Positions 17,764-27,132 of a stretch of DNA of 64,000 nucleotides are shown piece by piece. The position numbers and the translations under genes were made by a program. The notes below the pieces were generated by a model that did not search any database, was not told where the DNA came from, and worked only from the letters and a program-made list of their open reading frames with translations. Position 1 is the stretch's first letter. Each line of letters opens with the position of its first letter. Source of the DNA: an uncultured bacterium (GTDB lineage: Bacteria > Muiribacteriota > Ozemobacteria > Ozemobacterales > Ozemobacteraceae); contig CAYRYU010000004.1 of NCBI GenBank assembly GCA_964428355.1, forward strand, positions 3,261-67,260, in the 5' to 3' direction.

Positions 17764-18939
17764 TTACTGGAGGGGAGGGAGATCGACCGTTACCTTGGGT
17801 GTCTGGGAAGCCGCGTCGGCCGGGTCGGAAACCGTGGAAAGGGATCTCCATCCGCCGCTGTTTTCCTTGATCTGGGGAGGTTGGAATCCCTGGGAGGCAG
17901 CCGGAGTCGGAGGAGGGCTTGCCACGGGGGACGGAGAGGGTGGTGGGGTGGGGGAGGGAAGGGGATGCGCGCCCTTCGGCAGAGGGGGAAGTTCGAAGGT
18001 CGTGCTTCCGGTGAGCGTCTTGTCTCCGATAGAAACGGCGATCAATGCGTTGCGCCTGTTTTCGGCCCGATCGGGATTGGGGGAAAGATACCCGATCGTG
18101 AAATGGCGTTCCTTTTTCAGGCGTTCGCTTATCTTCCGGTAGACATCGAAAAGTTCCTTTCCTCCGGGTGCGAAGAGGTACCAACCGTGCGTGACCGCGG
18201 CCATCTTTTTCAGGACGGGTTCATCGATTTCAGTCCCCATCCCGACCGTGATGATCCGGATGTTCTTTCGGGTCGCGAGATTCAGGACATCCTCCAACGA
18301 CCGGATCGACATCTTCTGTCGGAGGGCCGGGGTTTCGTCGCGGCCGTCGGTAAAGAGGACCAGGGTCCGGAGGTCCCTGGGGTCGGAGGTGGAATGCAGC
18401 TGATCGCAGGAGAGATATGCAGCGTCGTAAAGCGCTGTTCCACCCCAGGGGCGGATCCCCTCGATCGCGTGGATCAGGTCGGATTTCCGGTCTGTGAAAT
18501 CCTGGTTGATTTCGAAATCGCTCGCGAAGGAGACGACACTGATCCGGGCTTCCTGGATCAGGGAGGAGACGAACCGGGCGGCTGACCTCTTGATGTCCCC
18601 GATGGCAGGTTCGACGCTCGACGAGCGGTCAAGCATCAGGAGCAGGAACTGCTTGGGAAGAGCCTTCGTCACGGAGACGTGTTCGACGGAAGCCCCGTCC
18701 TCCGAGATCGAGATCGAGCCGGGTGTCAGATCGATCGGCTCGGAAGCCGTGATCTTGATGCGAAGTGTGATCTGGGGGAAGTCCAGGCTCATCGGGGTGA
18801 CGGAGATCCGCGTTGGGTCCCCGTCGGGGGAAACCGGGAGTTCTCCCTGACCGAACCCCCGGATGGGGGTAACCAGGGTCAGGGCAGCAAAAAACGCTCC
18901 CAACAAGATTATCCTGGCAAACCATGGAAGAATACGCAT
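17764..18939 (-). CDS. Secreted von Willebrand factor type A (VWA) domain protein with Pro-rich C-terminus
   Basis: Start at the ATG at 18939 (MRILPWFARIILLGAFFAALTLV signal peptide). MIDAS motif LLLMLDRSSSV, plus GGTALYDA and LVLFTDGRDE. The C-terminus is PSPTPPPSPSPVASPPPTP low complexity. Confidence 0.75.
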   Translation of the reverse strand: MRILPWFARIILLGAFFAALTLVTPIRGFGQGELPVSPDGDPTRISVTPMSLDFPQITLRIKITASEPIDLTPGSISISEDGASVEHVSVTKALPKQFLLLMLDRSSSVEPAIGDIKRSAARFVSSLIQEARISVVSFASDFEINQDFTDRKSDLIHAIEGIRPWGGTALYDAAYLSCDQLHSTSDPRDLRTLVLFTDGRDETPALRQKMSIRSLEDVLNLATRKNIRIITVGMGTEIDEPVLKKMAAVTHGWYLFAPGGKELFDVYRKISERLKKERHFTIGYLSPNPDRAENRRNALIAVSIGDKTLTGSTTFELPPLPKGAHPLPSPTPPPSPSPVASPPPTPAASQGFQPPQIKENSGGWRSLSTVSDPADAASQTPKVTVDLPPLQ

Positions 18940-19580
18940 TTGCACAGTGTACCATTCCCCTTCCCTCAAGGCAATCAAAGAACCAATCCAAGGTCGGGGG
19001 CCGAAGGGAAAAAATCCCCCGGGGGTTACAATCCGGAAGATGCCTTCTGGAAAAGGTCGTCCCAGAACTCCTCTTTGCGGGCTCCGACGATCTTCATGCG
19101 TATCTGCCCGTTCCGGTCGATGAGGTAGGTCTGGGGGAAGTTCTCGCACTTTCCGCATCGGACGCACTTTCCCGAATCTACGGTGATCCGGAACAGACTG
19201 AACCGGTTGAATGAAAGAAAAACTGGAAGGAACAAGGCGAACACGAACAGGGCTACGCCCCGAAAACCCTCAGGGCAATGAAGAAAAGGAAAGCAAGCAG
19301 CCTGGACTTTTTCATCGATGCCCAGTCGGGGGGGATTTCGGTGCAATGGTCCGAACAACAGTTTCCGAGGACTTTTCGATGATGCCCTCCGGCTGGCCTT
19401 CCTCACAATCCCTCACCCCTTCATCAACGATGGCGGAACGGAATACCCGAATTTACTTTTCCCGGGGTTTGGGATAGATTTGTTCCGGCCGGGTCCTTGG
19501 CCATTCCTGGGGTTCCGGGTGCAGGAATCGTTTCTGGTGAAAGCCCCGGCCGGAAAAAAGATCTTGGGAGGTGATTCGCT

Positions 19581-21356
19581 GTGTCTTCAAGGAGTGCCCG
19601 CCCCATTGTTCCCCGGACCGGGCCTATCGTCCACGGAGGGCGATGTGCCCGATTTTCGCCCGGATGGCGAAGTTTTTTCGGGCCTTTCGTCCACGGAGGG
19701 CGATGTGCCCGATTTTCGCCCGGATGGCGAAGTTTTTTCGGGCCTTTCGTCCTGCTCCTCTTTTCGATCGGATTTCAAGGCATCCCTTCTTTCGCAGGGG
19801 GAATTGACGCCACGCTCGGTGCGCTGGCCCTCCGAAGGTCCGTGATCGCCGCTCCTCCGCCCTCTCGGGAAGTCCTCGCCCCGGAAGGTGCTTTCATTAC
19901 TGTTTTCAACGATACGGTCGCGGAGTGGGTTTCCGCGCCGCTCGATTCTTCGCTCCTGAAGGAGATCCGAAGGACACTCGCCCCACACCTGCGGATCGAG
20001 CTCAACCCCCGGGGATTTGCGCCTGCCGCCACCCGGACAGATGGAGACGAAGCCGATTCGACCAACTACGATGCCATCTGGGTCAGGGACAACGTCTGGG
20101 TGTACATGGCCCTGGTGCGTGACCCCGAACGGCGCGCGGATGCCCGGAAACTGCTGCTCGCGCTCTGGGATTACTATGCGACCCCTGCGCAGATGAGCCG
20201 CTTCAGGAACGTCTGTCTCAACCCTTCCCTTTCTCTCGACCAGATGGCGATGCCCCACATCCGCTTCGACGGCAAGTCCCCGGTCCTCGGAGACGTGATG
20301 GTCGACGGGAAACCTGAAACCTGGAACCACCGGCAGATCGACGCCCACGGCCTGTTCTTCGTTGCCCTCGGGTCGGCCGCGATGGAAGGATTGATAACCC
20401 GTGACGACCTGACAGGCGATCGTTTCGGAGTTGTTTGCATGTATCCCTGGTTCCTGGAGAGGATCTCTTTCGATACGTATGAGGATGCGGGAGCCTGGGA
20501 AGAGCTTCCCCGGCGGAATACCAGCAGCATCGCGCTTGCGACGCGATCCCTTCAGGTCTGGCGGGATCTGCTCGCGGCCAAGACCGGCCCCGGGAAAGCA
20601 TTCGGAGACCATTTCCGGCATCTTCTCGAGCAGTGTGGGACTGACGACATACATGGCTGGTCGCCAGGCTTCATCGGAGAACTGATCTCCCGCGGTTTGA
20701 ACCGCGTGAAGCGACAACTGGAGCTGGGGGGGGAATCTCCCGACTACGCTCCCGGGGACATCCATTTCAGGCAGGCGGATGCCGCGCTTCTCGTCCTCTT
20801 GCAGCCGTCTCCGTTGGAGGGGTTGAGCGAGTTGGAACAACGGACCGTCCTCAGGATCGTCAAGACGCTCGAACGCCCGGCTGGAATCCTGAGATACGAT
20901 CTTGACAGCTACCAATCGGGGAACTTCTGGATCAAACCCCCTGCCCCGGCGGAGCCCGACAAACCCACCTTGACGGGGGATACTTCCTCAGACGCGGCTT
21001 TCAGATGGCGCCTTTCACAGCTTCTCCCGAATACGGAAGCGCAGTGGTTTTTCGACAGCCTCTCCTGCCTCGCCCGCTTGTACATGGCGGAACACACATC
21101 CAACGCGGGCCTTCGGAAACAGGATCTCCATTTTGCCGCCATCCATCTCAAGAGAGCGTTGGGGCAGATCACGGGCCCCGCTCTTGCCGCCGATGGACAG
21201 CCTGTCAGGAGCTGGCAGGCTCCGGAAAGCATCAATACCGTGGTTCTGGGGGGGCGGAGGATCCTTGTTCCCTCCCCGATCACGCCCCTGAATTGGGCCA
21301 AAGCCGCATTGGATCTTGCCCTGCGTGAATACTCCCGGGTCGCCCTGGGAAAATAA
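19581..21356 (+). CDS. Glycoside hydrolase family 15-like protein (glucoamylase-related (alpha/alpha)6 barrel); start uncertain
   Basis: Long ORF with a GH15-like core (YDAIWVRDNVWVYMAL, QIDAHGLFF). The track start is a GTG at 19581, so the 60-bp tandem repeats fall in its N-terminus. The real start may instead be downstream of the repeat (about 19760-19870). Confidence 0.65.
   Translation: MSSRSARPIVPRTGPIVHGGRCARFSPGWRSFFGPFVHGGRCARFSPGWRSFFGPFVLLLFSIGFQGIPSFAGGIDATLGALALRRSVIAAPPPSREVLAPEGAFITVFNDTVAEWVSAPLDSSLLKEIRRTLAPHLRIELNPRGFAPAATRTDGDEADSTNYDAIWVRDNVWVYMALVRDPERRADARKLLLALWDYYATPAQMSRFRNVCLNPSLSLDQMAMPHIRFDGKSPVLGDVMVDGKPETWNHRQIDAHGLFFVALGSAAMEGLITRDDLTGDRFGVVCMYPWFLERISFDTYEDAGAWEELPRRNTSSIALATRSLQVWRDLLAAKTGPGKAFGDHFRHLLEQCGTDDIHGWSPGFIGELISRGLNRVKRQLELGGESPDYAPGDIHFRQADAALLVLLQPSPLEGLSELEQRTVLRIVKTLERPAGILRYDLDSYQSGNFWIKPPAPAEPDKPTLTGDTSSDAAFRWRLSQLLPNTEAQWFFDSLSCLARLYMAEHTSNAGLRKQDLHFAAIHLKRALGQITGPALAADGQPVRSWQAPESINTVVLGGRRILVPSPITPLNWAKAALDLALREYSRVALGK
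19621..19752. repeat. 60-bp tandem direct repeat (2.2 copies)
   Basis: The unit ggcctttcgtccacggagggcgatgtgcccgattttcgcccggatggcgaagttttttcg is repeated at 19621-19680 (1 mismatch) and 19681-19740, with a partial copy to 19752. All three + frames are open across it. It is homologous to the repeat at 45676-45795. Confidence 0.9.
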
Positions 21357-21395
21357 GACATTAAAAAGGGGACATTAAATGTTCCCAATTCAATG

Positions 21396-22118
21396 TCAGG
21401 GTTGGAGGGAGGAGAGGTTCCAGTGAGGATTTCGCCGGTCGGCAGCTATGAAGCGGCTTCCCAGGGTTGCCGCCATGGCAAGGGGTTGAGGGGCCTGGCC
21501 GTTGTCCTGGTCCTCGAGGACTTCGAAAGAGACCCAGAGCAGCGGAACCTCGGGACTGGCTTCATGGGCATATGCCTTGAAACGGGCGTTCAGGATGCCG
21601 TGGAACTCCGTCCGGCCTTTCGGGGTTGAACGGACCAGGGTACGGGTTTTGGGGTCGAAGGAGTAGCGGATCAGCTCCAGGGGCGGAACCATCTGGTCCT
21701 TTGGGCAATCCATGCCGAACGCGAAAAACTCGATTCCGTCGAGAAGAAGGCGGATGGGGGAACTGTTGCCGGTTCCCGCGCCCCTGGGGCCGAAGGAGAT
21801 GGGAAAACGTCTCGAGACTTCCCGAAAAGCCGCTTGATCGGAAGCAGAAAGAAAGGGAACCGCCCGGGAGAAATCCCGGCGAAGGGAAGCCAGGGCCAAC
21901 CGTGCCGACTGGAGGTTCTGGAGGTCTCCGCTCCCCTGCCGGAACTGCCAGGTCAGAACCCCCATCCCTCTTCCAATTGCCAAAAGAAGAAAAGTCCCGA
22001 TGAAGAAGGCGACGAGCGCTTCGATGAGGGTGAACCCCACCCTCGATGGCACCACACGCCCGCGGAGAAACCCGCAAAACCATGTCTCTCCGCCGGGGCA
22101 CCGGCGTCCTTCCTCCAT
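21396..22118 (-). CDS. Type II secretion / type IV pilus minor pseudopilin (prepilin-type N-terminus)
   Basis: Prepilin processing motif GFTLIEALVAFFIGTFLLLAI (G|F..IE with Glu at +5). The proposed ATG at 22118 overlaps the upstream gene's stop as TGATG, suggesting translational coupling. Confidence 0.6.
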   Translation of the reverse strand: MEEGRRCPGGETWFCGFLRGRVVPSRVGFTLIEALVAFFIGTFLLLAIGRGMGVLTWQFRQGSGDLQNLQSARLALASLRRDFSRAVPFLSASDQAAFREVSRRFPISFGPRGAGTGNSSPIRLLLDGIEFFAFGMDCPKDQMVPPLELIRYSFDPKTRTLVRSTPKGRTEFHGILNARFKAYAHEASPEVPLLWVSFEVLEDQDNGQAPQPLAMAATLGSRFIAADRRNPHWNLSSLQP

Positions 22119-22714
22119 CAATACTCCTCCCGGTCGTCCGTCAAGAGTGTAGACATTGTAAGGCTTCTCATCCGGTCGGGTTTTCCGCCCACCGAATCGA
22201 TATGTTCGGGTGCCCGGCCCTCGTTCCATGACACGTCAACGGTGACACGGTACAAGAATACTCTTCCGTCGGGGTTGGGAACCGGATTCACCGCGATGGT
22301 CCGGTAAAAAAAAGCGCTGTCATACTGCTTTGGATAGGCGAGGGGCTGGGTCCCCGAAGTGATGGAATAGAGCCCTGTAGTGGCCTCCGGAAGCGGAACG
22401 GGTTTGTTGGTGGCCGGATCGAGAAGGGAACCGGTCTGGTTCAGCATGGCTTTCAAGCCCTGGGCGTCGAGTTGCGTTGCCCGTGCCCAATCGATCGTTT
22501 CCTGCGCGATTTCGAGGGCCCTGAGGTGATGGATCGCCCTTTTTGTGCTCTCGCGGGTTTTTCCCATCGAGAAAAAGAGAATTCCCGCCAGGGAAATTAC
22601 TATACCGACGGCGACGACGATTTCGATGAAGGAAAATCCTTCGTGGGAGCGGCTTCGAAACTGACAGGGCTTGAAGAAAATCACTGGCCCTCTCCTTCCC
22701 GCCAGGCCCGCCAT
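22118..22714 (-). CDS. Minor pseudopilin (prepilin-type N-terminus)
   Basis: 198 aa with GFSFIEIVVAVGIVISLAGILF (G|F..IE) near the N-terminus; small globular C-terminal domain. Confidence 0.6.
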   Translation of the reverse strand: MAGLAGRRGPVIFFKPCQFRSRSHEGFSFIEIVVAVGIVISLAGILFFSMGKTRESTKRAIHHLRALEIAQETIDWARATQLDAQGLKAMLNQTGSLLDPATNKPVPLPEATTGLYSITSGTQPLAYPKQYDSAFFYRTIAVNPVPNPDGRVFLYRVTVDVSWNEGRAPEHIDSVGGKPDRMRSLTMSTLLTDDREEY

Positions 22715-23124
22715 CTCTTCTGTTCTTCGGCAAGAAGGTCATTCACGGCCAGTTCCGTCACAGCGCCCTGGACGATCTGTTTCAGGCCCTTCTGGACATC
22801 GGGCATGGGGGCGGGTTGGAAAGAGCCTTCCGGGAGGCCCTCATCGGGAGATCGGCCCGACGCCTGAGCCGGGCCGTCCACCCCTGATTCCGTTTCCGAA
22901 GACGACCCCTGTCCCAGGCGAAATCCTGGACTGGCCGGTGGGGCAGCCGACCGAGCGGGCATCTCAAAGCTGCTCGAGGAAGCCACTTCCCTCCGGGGCT
23001 GTTCAGGAACAGGTGCTTCGCCCCCGCAGCCCAACAGCCAACCCCCAACGAGAAGGAGTGAAAGGAAAAGCGCGGTTCCGGAAAACCCCCGCTGAAGCTT
23101 CGCCCTCCTCGCCCTTTCAGTCAT
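22681..23124 (-). CDS. Hypothetical lipoprotein in the pseudopilin operon
   Basis: 147 aa; signal peptide with lipobox LLLVGGWLLGCGG; Ser/Pro/Ala-rich middle region. Confidence 0.5.
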   Translation of the reverse strand: MTERARRAKLQRGFSGTALFLSLLLVGGWLLGCGGEAPVPEQPRREVASSSSFEMPARSAAPPASPGFRLGQGSSSETESGVDGPAQASGRSPDEGLPEGSFQPAPMPDVQKGLKQIVQGAVTELAVNDLLAEEQKRWRAWREGEGQ

Positions 23125-25279
23125 CGGCGGTCACCGAGAAGAACGTGGGAATAGGCCCGACGCTGAACCGAAAGGGATCCAGGGGAAGGAACAGCTCCGG
23201 GTCATGGGTTATCCGTAACGTCGAAGCGCCCGTTTTTCCCCTTCCGAGGTTGAGATCGTCCACCACGAGATTCCCCAAGATCTGAACCTCCGCGGTCTGG
23301 AAATAGATGGTTCCCTGCTGCTGGGGTTGGATGCCCGAGTTGTCGGGCGGGGAGAGCGTGGTGGCGACGAGCGAGGCCTCGATCCTTGCAGGCTTCCCCT
23401 GGCTGCCAAGGAGGAAACTTCCGGAAAGAAGGTAGATCTTGAGCCGGTCCCTTTGGGGGTCGGCTTTGGTCAGCGAGTCGATTTCGCATTGCCCCCGGAA
23501 AAGAATGATCGTTCCTTTTCCGACGAAGTTGCGGATAGATTTCAGGTCGAGGGGGGCTCCGTCGATACCGTGGATAACACTGATTCCGTCCAGAAAAAGA
23601 TGGTCCTGGCCTGAACGGGAACGGACCCTGTCGGCGAGGAACTCCCCGACAGTGGCATAGAAGTGGGATACCGTCCTGAGATTGGGGTCCAGGACCGGGA
23701 AAATGTCGCCTCCGTTCCGCGTTCCACCCTTTTGCTGAGGCTGTGGCCGGGGCTTGGACTCGTTGAAAAAGAAAGTGTTGATGCTGATTTCATCGACCGC
23801 GCGGCTCATGAGGGTTTCTTCGATTCCATGGATCTTTCCGACGGGGCGGTTTGAAAGAGAGATGGGATCGGTGGGGCCGGCGAAGTTCAGGGGAATCTCG
23901 GGAAATCTCATTGTTTTCGGGCCCTGCCTCATCGGAAGGAGAAGAGGGAACTCGTCAAGGAATGCGACCTTGAAGAACCTGAGGAAAACGTTTCCTTCGA
24001 CGAATACAGGGATGTCGCGGTTTTCCCCGAAAAGTAAAGGCATCCTGCCTCCCCGGACCCGGAAGGGGTTGAACTGATCGTAATAGATGAAGAAGTTCTG
24101 GATTCCGGAAAAGTGGGGGAAATCGGCAATGAAAGGGGTTAGACGATCGCTGTTTCCCTGTCTGATGTGGGAGTAGTCGGTGTAGCCGTAATGATACTTC
24201 CAGGCTTTCTTGCACAAATCGGCGATGGTCTTGAACAGCTGGGAACCGGCGGGTTTCCCTCCTGCCTGGTTGAAATCCTGCATTATCTCGAAGGGCACTG
24301 TGTTCGGATCCGAGGAGTAGGGGCGGGCTTTGTCGACGATTTCCTTGATGTAGAAATCGGTCAGTGTCCGGACCTGACAGAAATCCGAGAAGGGATAGCG
24401 GTCAGCAACGACCTTGAAATCGACGGCGGGGGTGTGGGCGGCGAAGAGCTGCCCGGAGCTGACGCCCCCTGCCCCTGCGCTTTTGGGGGCGAAGCCGCAG
24501 GCGTTTGGGCTCATGTTGCTGATCAGAGCTTTGTCCCCCAGGAAATCCAGGTCCAGGAAGATGGGTGGCGGACCCGAGCCCTTTCCCCCGTCAGGGAACT
24601 CCGGAACGGGCGGATAGAAGCGGCTTCCGAGATACACCCGTGAATGGGCGTTGGGAAGCCGGACTCCCTCGATGATGAGGCGGCGGTCGATGTCGTTGAG
24701 TGTGGGGCAGAAACTTTTCAGGTAGAGGGCGTACTTGTCGAAGAAGAGATCCCGAAGGTCGACTCCCCGTATCTCGCGCCGTTCCCTGACGATGAGAGGA
24801 TGGCCGGTTCCGTGGCCCCCGATGGACTTGCATTCCAACTCCAGGAAGCCCAGCAGGGAAAACGGGGTGGTGGAAGTCTTCACGGGGAAAACGAACCGCG
24901 CCAGGCCGACGAACTGCCCCTTGGAACTCAGGGTTGCCTTTGCCAGGGAGTTGGTCTGCGGGAGGCGTGGGGGGGAAAAATCCACGGCGAAGGAGAGGGG
25001 GGCCGCAGACCCGCCTCCGCCCGCGACAACGCCGAACAGTTTCCGACAGTCATTGCCGATTGGCGTTTTGGGGTCATTGACCTCGGCCTTGATTACTGCC
25101 AGCATTTCCTGGATTCCGGACTGGCCCAGTTGAACGATGCGGCTCTGGTCGATGGTCTTCGAAAGCTGGTCCGCTTCGCCGAGGTGGAACTGGAAGAGGG
25201 CGGCAAAAAAGATCGCGCCGCATGCCAGAAACGCAAGGAGGATGTAGAGTAGGGATCCTCCCCGCCACGGGGATTTCAT
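23117..25279 (-). CDS. Large membrane-anchored hypothetical protein, GspK/PilX-like N-terminus
   Basis: 720 aa. The N-terminus MKSPWRGGSLLYILLAFLACGAIFFAALF resembles the RG-x-ALL hydrophobic leader of GspK-type minor pseudopilins; the rest has no recognisable motif. Lies in the same operon as the pseudopilins. Confidence 0.55.
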   Translation of the reverse strand: MKSPWRGGSLLYILLAFLACGAIFFAALFQFHLGEADQLSKTIDQSRIVQLGQSGIQEMLAVIKAEVNDPKTPIGNDCRKLFGVVAGGGGSAAPLSFAVDFSPPRLPQTNSLAKATLSSKGQFVGLARFVFPVKTSTTPFSLLGFLELECKSIGGHGTGHPLIVRERREIRGVDLRDLFFDKYALYLKSFCPTLNDIDRRLIIEGVRLPNAHSRVYLGSRFYPPVPEFPDGGKGSGPPPIFLDLDFLGDKALISNMSPNACGFAPKSAGAGGVSSGQLFAAHTPAVDFKVVADRYPFSDFCQVRTLTDFYIKEIVDKARPYSSDPNTVPFEIMQDFNQAGGKPAGSQLFKTIADLCKKAWKYHYGYTDYSHIRQGNSDRLTPFIADFPHFSGIQNFFIYYDQFNPFRVRGGRMPLLFGENRDIPVFVEGNVFLRFFKVAFLDEFPLLLPMRQGPKTMRFPEIPLNFAGPTDPISLSNRPVGKIHGIEETLMSRAVDEISINTFFFNESKPRPQPQQKGGTRNGGDIFPVLDPNLRTVSHFYATVGEFLADRVRSRSGQDHLFLDGISVIHGIDGAPLDLKSIRNFVGKGTIILFRGQCEIDSLTKADPQRDRLKIYLLSGSFLLGSQGKPARIEASLVATTLSPPDNSGIQPQQQGTIYFQTAEVQILGNLVVDDLNLGRGKTGASTLRITHDPELFLPLDPFRFSVGPIPTFFSVTADD

Positions 25280-26400
25280 CAGTTCCCGCCCAGGTTAAGA
25301 CCCGGCTTGGGTTTGGGGGCACTCTCGGAGGGGTCGGAAACCACGCCGATGGTTCCCGAGGCGGTCGAAACGACTCCGATCACTCCCGATTCGGAGGCTG
25401 GGCCACTTTTCCCGGTTCCGGAGGTGGGATCGGAGGAACTCGGGGTTGTGGTCTGCGTGTTATCATCCGTCGCGGTCGGCTCGGGAGTGGGGGAAGGGGG
25501 CGTGGGCGGCACCTGGGAGGTCTCCCCCGCGCCGTCGCTGTTGTCGAATGCCTGGGAAACGGCTCCCGAAGTGTTCTCGGACCCGCCTCCCGACTGGGTT
25601 CCCCCCATGCCGCCAAGTTGTGAAGCATATCCGGAGTCCGCCGCCGAAGCTTGCTGTGCCTGTTGGATCAGCTCATTCCCCGCCGCGATCAATCTATTGG
25701 CGGCGGCTTTGAGCTTTTCCGCGACCTGGGTCAGCTGGGCTTTAATGTCGGCGGGTTTCATGTATTGAACGAGATTGTCATCGATTCCTCCGGCGAAACT
25801 GGCGAACTCGTCGGCCTTGTTTTGCAGCTCCTTGCCTTTCTCGATTGTCTGGTTTCCGGTATTTTCCATGGTGGTCTGCCAGGAGGATTTCCCCTCAGCG
25901 GTTCCCCCCATTCCCCCAGAGACACCTTTCGAGGCACTTTGGGCCGCTTTGTAGGACGTCTGGACGCTGACCCAGCTTGCCTCATTCAGGAGGGCATCCC
26001 CCAGGTTTCCTTTCTTCTCACGAATGAAGTTGTTGATCTTTTCCGCCTCTTGCACGATTTCCGACTTTTTGGGGGAAACTTCCTCCTCAGCCCTGGTTTT
26101 CAAATATTCCTGGCTCGGGACCAAGGGGTAACCGTTCGCCAACTTCTCAGCATTTGAAAGGGACAAAATCTGGCTCATGATTTCTCCCTTTTTCTTAGCG
26201 ACCATGGATTCGAATTTTCCCCCTTCAGTCTCATCGATCGAAACTGTGGGCAAACCTCTCACCGCCCCATTGGCGTCACGGGCCATTCCTATTGCGTCAT
26301 CGATCGCATCAGCGCGGGTGGCAGGGTTGACCGCAATGATTCCGGCCACGACAAGGGCGAAAACAAAAATCGCGGAGCAGTTCCCCACGTTTCTCTTCAT
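25279..26400 (-). CDS. Secreted hypothetical protein with Ser/Thr/Gly/Pro-rich C-terminus
   Basis: ATG at 26400 with AGGAGGG 8 nt upstream; signal peptide MKRNVGNCSAIFVFALVVAGIIAV. Coiled-coil-like middle; C-terminal low complexity PPTPPSPTPEPTATDDNTQTTTPSSS. Confidence 0.55.
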   Translation of the reverse strand: MKRNVGNCSAIFVFALVVAGIIAVNPATRADAIDDAIGMARDANGAVRGLPTVSIDETEGGKFESMVAKKKGEIMSQILSLSNAEKLANGYPLVPSQEYLKTRAEEEVSPKKSEIVQEAEKINNFIREKKGNLGDALLNEASWVSVQTSYKAAQSASKGVSGGMGGTAEGKSSWQTTMENTGNQTIEKGKELQNKADEFASFAGGIDDNLVQYMKPADIKAQLTQVAEKLKAAANRLIAAGNELIQQAQQASAADSGYASQLGGMGGTQSGGGSENTSGAVSQAFDNSDGAGETSQVPPTPPSPTPEPTATDDNTQTTTPSSSDPTSGTGKSGPASESGVIGVVSTASGTIGVVSDPSESAPKPKPGLNLGGN

Positions 26401-26433
26401 TTTGAATTCCCTCCTGAAAAATCCAGTCAAAAT

Positions 26434-27069
26434 CTACTTTGCAGTTTCGGGTTGCCGGTTACAGGAATCCTCTTTTCCTTTCTTCCCTGACGCGGGGGGC
26501 AGAGGATCGACTCCGTACATGAACCATTGGCCTTCGATCCGGCAGCCGTAACCGGCGGCTTTGGCGATGACCTGAAGAACGGCCCGGCATGGAACCCCGA
26601 AAAAACGGCACGAGACCGGGGTCTTGTCGCCCCGTTCAGGCTCGATGCGAAGGCTTGCCCTTTTCGCGATGAAGTGAAGGACGGCATCGAGGCTGACTTC
26701 CCTGAAATCCATCGTCACCCGTTCCGATTCCGATGCGCCCGGAAGGGAGGGGAATGGAATCGCCCCACTTTCCCACGGCACATCCCTGAAAACCCATATC
26801 CCGTCGATTTCTTCCAGGAGCGACCCGGTGGCGGTCGCGACCAACCGGAATCCGTCAGGACCCGGCTTTGGGGAAAGACCGATGGGGATTGCGCCGCGGA
26901 TTTTCTTGCCGATCGCGACGAAAGAGAACCCGGAAGCTTGGGAAATCCTTCCGAGGAGCTCGATTCCGGGCGGAATCGGGTTGACCTCCTCCCGTTCTTC
27001 AGCCCGGGCAAGACGAGGGAGGGTTCCCAGGACAAGGACGAGCAGGAAAATGAGGCTTCTGATTCTCAT
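26434..27069 (-). CDS. Secreted protein with secretin/TonB N-terminal (STN)-like domain
   Basis: 211 aa; signal peptide MRIRSLIFLLVLVLGTLPRLARA. The C-terminal VTMDFREVSLDAVLHFIAKRASLRIEPE ... fits the short STN-domain pattern (xDFxxxxLxxVLxxIAxxxGLxI). Confidence 0.5.
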   Translation of the reverse strand: MRIRSLIFLLVLVLGTLPRLARAEEREEVNPIPPGIELLGRISQASGFSFVAIGKKIRGAIPIGLSPKPGPDGFRLVATATGSLLEEIDGIWVFRDVPWESGAIPFPSLPGASESERVTMDFREVSLDAVLHFIAKRASLRIEPERGDKTPVSCRFFGVPCRAVLQVIAKAAGYGCRIEGQWFMYGVDPLPPASGKKGKEDSCNRQPETAK

Positions 27070-27132
27070 CTTGTGATAGAATGATACCTCAAATCCCGGG
27101 AAGGTCCAAGATGGTGGGATGGTGAGGTTCAG

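Noticed and set aside
19621-19752. Possibility that the 60-bp repeats are a CRISPR array
   Set aside because: Units are directly contiguous with no unique spacers, there are only about 2 copies, and no cas genes are present.
19587-20915. 442-aa minus-strand ORF
   Set aside because: Antisense to the GH15-like gene and runs through the tandem repeat; junk-like composition (RRGR-rich).
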